Assembly: GCA_965153285.1 (NCBI GenBank)
Contig: OZ229112.1
Length of the DNA stretch: 64,000 nt
Reading direction: 5' to 3' (one strand)
Source: Podarcis tiliguerta
Taxonomy: Eukaryota
This document shows positions 61,901 to 64,000 of the stretch, in pieces; within the stretch, counting starts at the first letter, position 1, and every line of letters begins with the position of its first letter. Under the pieces are notes generated by a model. It saw nothing but the letters and a program-made list of their open reading frames with translations, was not told the DNA's origin and searched no databases. The position numbers were made by a program, and so were the translations under genes.

Positions 61901-63696
61901 GTGGCACGGCATCATCACAAATTAATGTAGCATCATGATGCAAGGTTGCAATGTTGGTACCTGATGTTATACTCTGCAACAACAGTTAATGGTGAAGTGG
62001 CTCTCCAGCTGTTAAAGGTTGAGTACCACTGGTTTAGGCTAGTAAACAAAAAATAGATTTGATATTGAGAGTAAAATGTTAAACTCTGTGAGATGATTTA
62101 TCATTAAACAACTTCATGCTGTCTAGCTTTAAGGTTCTGAGAAAAATAAGAAATTAGCATTATGACAAAACTTCTTTCATCCACTTTTATTTCTAGATGT
62201 TAAGAATATTAATTTCCTGTTCTTATCTTATTTTCTTCAATTTTTTTACTTTCTAAAGCTATAGATCATTGTACTAAATTTTCCTGACTTCCTGGAGGCT
62301 AACTTGATGGACTCTGAAAAAGAATTTATGAATAAGACTAGATTGTAAACACAGAATTTCCCCATTTAATGTTGCAGAGTTCTTTATTTATTAGTATTGA
62401 GTGCTGGCATTTTTTAATGAAGAGTCTATTGGTTTATTTGATACATCAGTGAATAAAGTAATGCCTAGCTTATGGTTAATCTGTCACTTCTATATTGCCC
62501 TGTCTAGAGTTTGGTTTAAGGCCACTAATCTTTTGCTTTGCTGTTTTAAAATTCACATCTATTTGAAATGGTTAAGTGATAAGATTTATTCTGATAATTG
62601 TTTGAATCCAATAATTAATGAATTTTTGACAGTTTGAATATTGTATGTAGTCCTACTTATCCCATGCACAGGCAGTAGAGTACAGAACAGCTCCCTCAGA
62701 GCCCAGCAGTTAGCTCCTTGCCCACCATGCCACCTTAGTGACTGGCAACTGCTGCTCTTAATGTTCTCCATCATAGCCTGAGTGTCACTTCAAAGAGATG
62801 CCCTCCCATGCATCTAATACCTGAGGCAACCAGAATTTTGTACTTGTTGTAAACGTCGGCATAAAATATTAAGTTTTTAAAAATTATTTGCAGAATGATT
62901 AAGGTGATATAGCACAGCTCTTATAATGTTCATTAAGCATAAGTAGTCATACTGTTGTGGATGTAAAAGGTTTCCATTCTTTGGATCAAGCATATTAGAA
63001 ACTGAGGACTGCTGAAAATTGCATTCATTTAAAACATCTATTTGTTAGTTGCTTTTAAAGGCCAAACTCTTATGAACTGATTGGGGAAAAATATAGAAAA
63101 TTTCTTATGAATCACATTTCAAATGAGGCTGGCTTGGTTTGCACATCTTGGTAAACCATTTTCTGAAATAATGTTCCCCTGTAAACCACTGAGTATGGTT
63201 TACCATAATGTGTGGACAGAGCCTTTATTTATTATCACTCTGTTGAGTGGTAAAAGCTAAATCTTTTTCTCCAAAATTTAGAAGTAAGCTTGGGAGGTGC
63301 CACACTTTATTGTACCACATTTATGCTGATGAAAGGTCATAAACATTTGAACAAAAGATAATTACTTAAATCAGAGCTCTATAAAATTCAAAAGCAAGTG
63401 CATGCTTTCCCACAGTTCAAATACAAAATCTCCACCAGCTATTTCATTGTCTGCAATGAGCAGTAGTGGCAGGGGACTTTGAACAATGAAAAATCATGGC
63501 TTAATTTTAATGTGTGTTTTTTATTAAAAAAAACAACAACACGGTGGTATTTTACTAGAAATAAGTATTTAATTTGCTTTTCAGGTAACAGAGAACATGC
63601 ACCTTTGCTTACCAGATCTGGCATCTCAGGATTGGAAGTCAAATATGCTGCTGATGAGAGAGCACTTTTCCAGGAAGTGGTGAACATTGTTAAAAG
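28575..63696 (+). CDS. REV3L: REV3L, DNA polymerase zeta catalytic subunit, coding exons 1-18 (7148 nt; gene continues beyond the window)
   Basis: Starts MFSVRVVTADYYMSSPLPGLD; 18 exons join in frame; contains PQLDG, both REV7-binding motifs and the start of the exonuclease-like region (SVELHARTRRDLEADPEFD). The polymerase active-site exons are not in the window. Confidence 0.98.
32159..32414. mobile_element. Chimeric Tc1/mariner MITE
   Basis: Right two-thirds match family A and end GAGGTACCACTG|TA; the left end TA|CAGTCATACCTTGGAAGTC is different. Confidence 0.7.
32600..32730 (-). mobile_element. CR1 LINE fragment
   Basis: CCCAGCTCCTTCAAG..CCTCATAAGGCTTGGTTTCCAGACCCTTGATCATC is the reverse complement of CR1 ORF2 (MIKGLETKPYEE). 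Confidence 0.7.
33627..33661. repeat. (AT)n microsatellite
   Basis: Read directly. Confidence 0.95.
36691..36880 (+). CDS. REV3L: REV3L exon 2 (190 nt)
   Basis: GQKTCLHLHGIFPYLYVPY..SIDRALN..HVFKVSLVYG; ag / gtaagt. Confidence 0.96.
37005..37200 (-). mobile_element. CR1 LINE 3' end
   Basis: TAGAATCATAGAAT tail plus GTCAGAAAGTTCTTCC..TTTAGTCAGAATCTCC (reverse of CR1 ORF2 C-terminus). Confidence 0.7.
37842..37916 (+). CDS. REV3L: REV3L exon 3 (75 nt)
   Basis: PFYGYHEKERQFMKIYLYNPAMVK; ttccag / gtaatg. Confidence 0.96.
38349..38509 (+). CDS. REV3L: REV3L exon 4 (161 nt)
   Basis: VCELLQGG..PHEAHIPYLLQLFIDYNLYGMN..; ttttag / gtatgc. Confidence 0.96.
40370..40545 (-). mobile_element. CR1-type 3' end or derived SINE
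   Basis: TAAGAACATAAGA..CTGCTGGATCAGA..GGCCCATCTA.TCCAGCATCCTG..GTGGCCAACCAGATGCC; opposite-strand relative at about 47290-47382. Confidence 0.6.
40748..40844 (+). CDS. REV3L: REV3L exon 5 (97 nt)
   Basis: DVLEESGSYKYSLSGHSATKTLLQWENNQIP; tgtag / gttagc; phase fits. Confidence 0.88.
41283..42137. mobile_element. Tigger/pogo-like MITE interrupted by an LTR
   Basis: TA|CAGTAAGTC...GGCTTACTG|TA; the two halves rejoin across 41460/42100. Confidence 0.65.
41459..42099 (-). mobile_element. Probable ERV solo LTR (about 640 bp)
   Basis: Inverted ends TGTATGGTAAGAATT...AATTCTTATACTGTATCA; CCTG at both junctions; minus-strand TATATAAA (about 41673-41681) upstream of AATAAA (41586-41591), as in U3-R-U5 order. 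Confidence 0.65.
42510..42863. mobile_element. Tc1/mariner (pogo/Tc2-like) MITE
   Basis: TA|CCATATTTTTCGCTCTATAGGAC...GTCTTATAGAGCGAAAAATACGG|TA. Confidence 0.85.
43222..43316 (+). CDS. REV3L: REV3L exon 6 (95 nt)
   Basis: SLILEGVEPQSTCELEVDAVAADILNRLDIE; ttgcag / gtaaac. Confidence 0.95.
43907..44011 (+). CDS. REV3L: REV3L exon 7 (105 nt)
   Basis: AQVGRNPGLQAIWDDEKQRR..; ttccag / gtaact. Confidence 0.95.
44186..45366 (-). mobile_element. 5'-truncated BovB (RTE-clade) LINE with frameshifted reverse transcriptase
   Basis: RT motifs FIDYAKAF, GVRQGCILSPCLFNLY, RYADD and C-terminal WRALVHGVTKSRTRLND; (CAA)n tail; perfect 10-bp TSD CTAATACAGT at 44176-44185 and 45367-45376. Confidence 0.95.
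46421..46505 (+). CDS. REV3L: REV3L exon 8 (85 nt)
   Basis: DRGFVTATESEKIFQKRLKEILKQSDLS; aaag / gtaagt. Confidence 0.92.
46589..46737 (+). CDS. REV3L: REV3L exon 9 (149 nt), after an 83-nt intron
   Basis: TLSGSLDYSNGSQEFSAELTLHSE..PANIVEVH; taag / gttagt. Confidence 0.92.
46963..46992. repeat. (GA)n microsatellite
   Basis: Read directly. Confidence 0.95.
47745..47870 (+). CDS. REV3L: REV3L exon 10 (126 nt)
   Basis: EEALINEEAILNIMENSQ..PVF; tttag / gtaagt. Confidence 0.92.
48360..48597 (+). CDS. REV3L: REV3L exon 11 (238 nt)
   Basis: MDSSADQAMIHLLAGLEDDGY..SDDEENEPQIEKEEMELSLLMSQRWDS; tttcag / gtatct. Confidence 0.94.
49762..49901 (+). CDS. REV3L: REV3L exon 12 (140 nt), carries the PQLDG Taspase1 site
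   Basis: LLLASLSIPQLDGTADENS; ttccag / gtaaat. Confidence 0.95.
50752..54889 (+). CDS. REV3L: REV3L giant exon 13 (4138 nt)
   Basis: Open frame matches the 1394-aa ORF; contains [38 protein letters not shown] and REV7-binding motif 1 ILKPLMSPP; ttctag / AG|gtaatg. Confidence 0.97.
55077..55212. mobile_element. Short palindromic MITE (hAT-like)
   Basis: CAGGGTTTCCAAAACTTG...CAAGTTTGGGAAATCCTG with internal TTTTTGGACTACAA / TTGTAGTCCAAAAA. Confidence 0.75.
55735..56624 (+). CDS. REV3L: REV3L exon 14 (890 nt)
   Basis: EIGGRLLTVETRL..FEGDFSLEGLRLWKTAF..IVIMPCKCAPS (REV7-binding motif 2); cacag / gtaaga. Confidence 0.95.
56977..57332 (+). mobile_element. Full-length Sauria SINE (BovB-mobilised)
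   Basis: tRNA-like head with GGTTCGAATCC B box, typical body (AGTAGATAAATAGGTACCGC), (CCTTTA)n tail; perfect 14-bp TSD CTAAAGGATGCTTT at 56963-56976 and 57333-57346. Confidence 0.93.
57403..57485 (+). CDS. REV3L: REV3L exon 15 (83 nt)
   Basis: DPNIQKLNPRRGRNIDAFRKVLLRTQVK; long pyrimidine tract + ag / gtaaaa. Confidence 0.88.
58515..58640 (+). CDS. REV3L: REV3L exon 16 (126 nt)
   Basis: NRFTPLNAPKKETSQIEGPSLNNSYGFKISVQNLQEAKALHE; ttacag / gtaatt. Confidence 0.95.
60849..61047 (+). CDS. REV3L: REV3L exon 17 (199 nt)
   Basis: VQHLTLLSVELHARTRRDLEADPEFDPICALFYC..; weak donor AAG|gttctt chosen because it gives the required phase. Confidence 0.88.
61577..62031. mobile_element. Non-autonomous hAT-type DNA transposon
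   Basis: TIRs CAGTGATACTCAACCT...AGGTTGAGTACCACTG; 8-bp TSD GTTTAGAC / GTTTAGGC. Confidence 0.85.
63585..63696 (+). CDS. REV3L: REV3L exon 18 (112 nt)
   Basis: NREHAPLLTRSGISGLEVKYAADERALFQEVVNIVK; tttcag / gtaggg. Confidence 0.94.
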
Positions 63697-64000
63697 GTAG
63701 GGCATCTGTAGACCCTGCTTTTTCATCCTCTGAAACTTTTATTTAAACATTTTCAAATCCAAGTCTCCCTACCTTCTCTCCCCATGTTTAAATGGTTTTT
63801 ATTTCCTGGAAAAGTCTGTTTTTCCTGCTCACAACAGATATATCTATATTATAAGGTTCTTTATGCGAGTCTCTCTTATACAGGCCTCTCACATCAATCT
63901 TGCTGGAGTTTTAATATTCCCAAACTGCATTTCAATCTTTCTTAGAATACACTCTAAGGTTTAAATGATCTTGCAATACAAATTAAAGCATACACTGTCT

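Overview
Squamate reptile genomic DNA, probably a lacertid lizard. This is inferred from a Sauria SINE, a BovB LINE and squamate-type MITEs, and the species cannot be fixed from sequence alone. The + strand carries two tandem genes in the same order as human 6q21. TRAF3IP2 (ACT1/CIKS, the IL-17 receptor adaptor) has 8 coding exons at 1563-14882, which I spliced by hand into 543 aa ending in the SEFIR domain. REV3L (catalytic subunit of DNA polymerase zeta) starts in a CpG island at 28575; its first 18 coding exons (2382 codons, including a 4138-nt exon) run off the window end. All 26 exons have GT-AG junctions and consistent phase. Two unexplained structures stand out. (1) The REV3L 5' leader holds several uORFs and an apparent 80-nt intron ending 8 nt before the ATG. 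Splicing it would turn an overlapping out-of-frame uORF into an in-frame 37-aa Arg-rich N-terminal extension. (2) A spliced divergent minus-strand transcript is predicted from the same CpG island, with a 5'TOP-like first exon, one exon bracketed by inverted MITEs and a candidate 108-aa three-exon ORF. It sits where human TRAF3IP2-AS1 lies. Both are sequence-based hypotheses that need RNA evidence. The introns contain many transposons, several of them nested.
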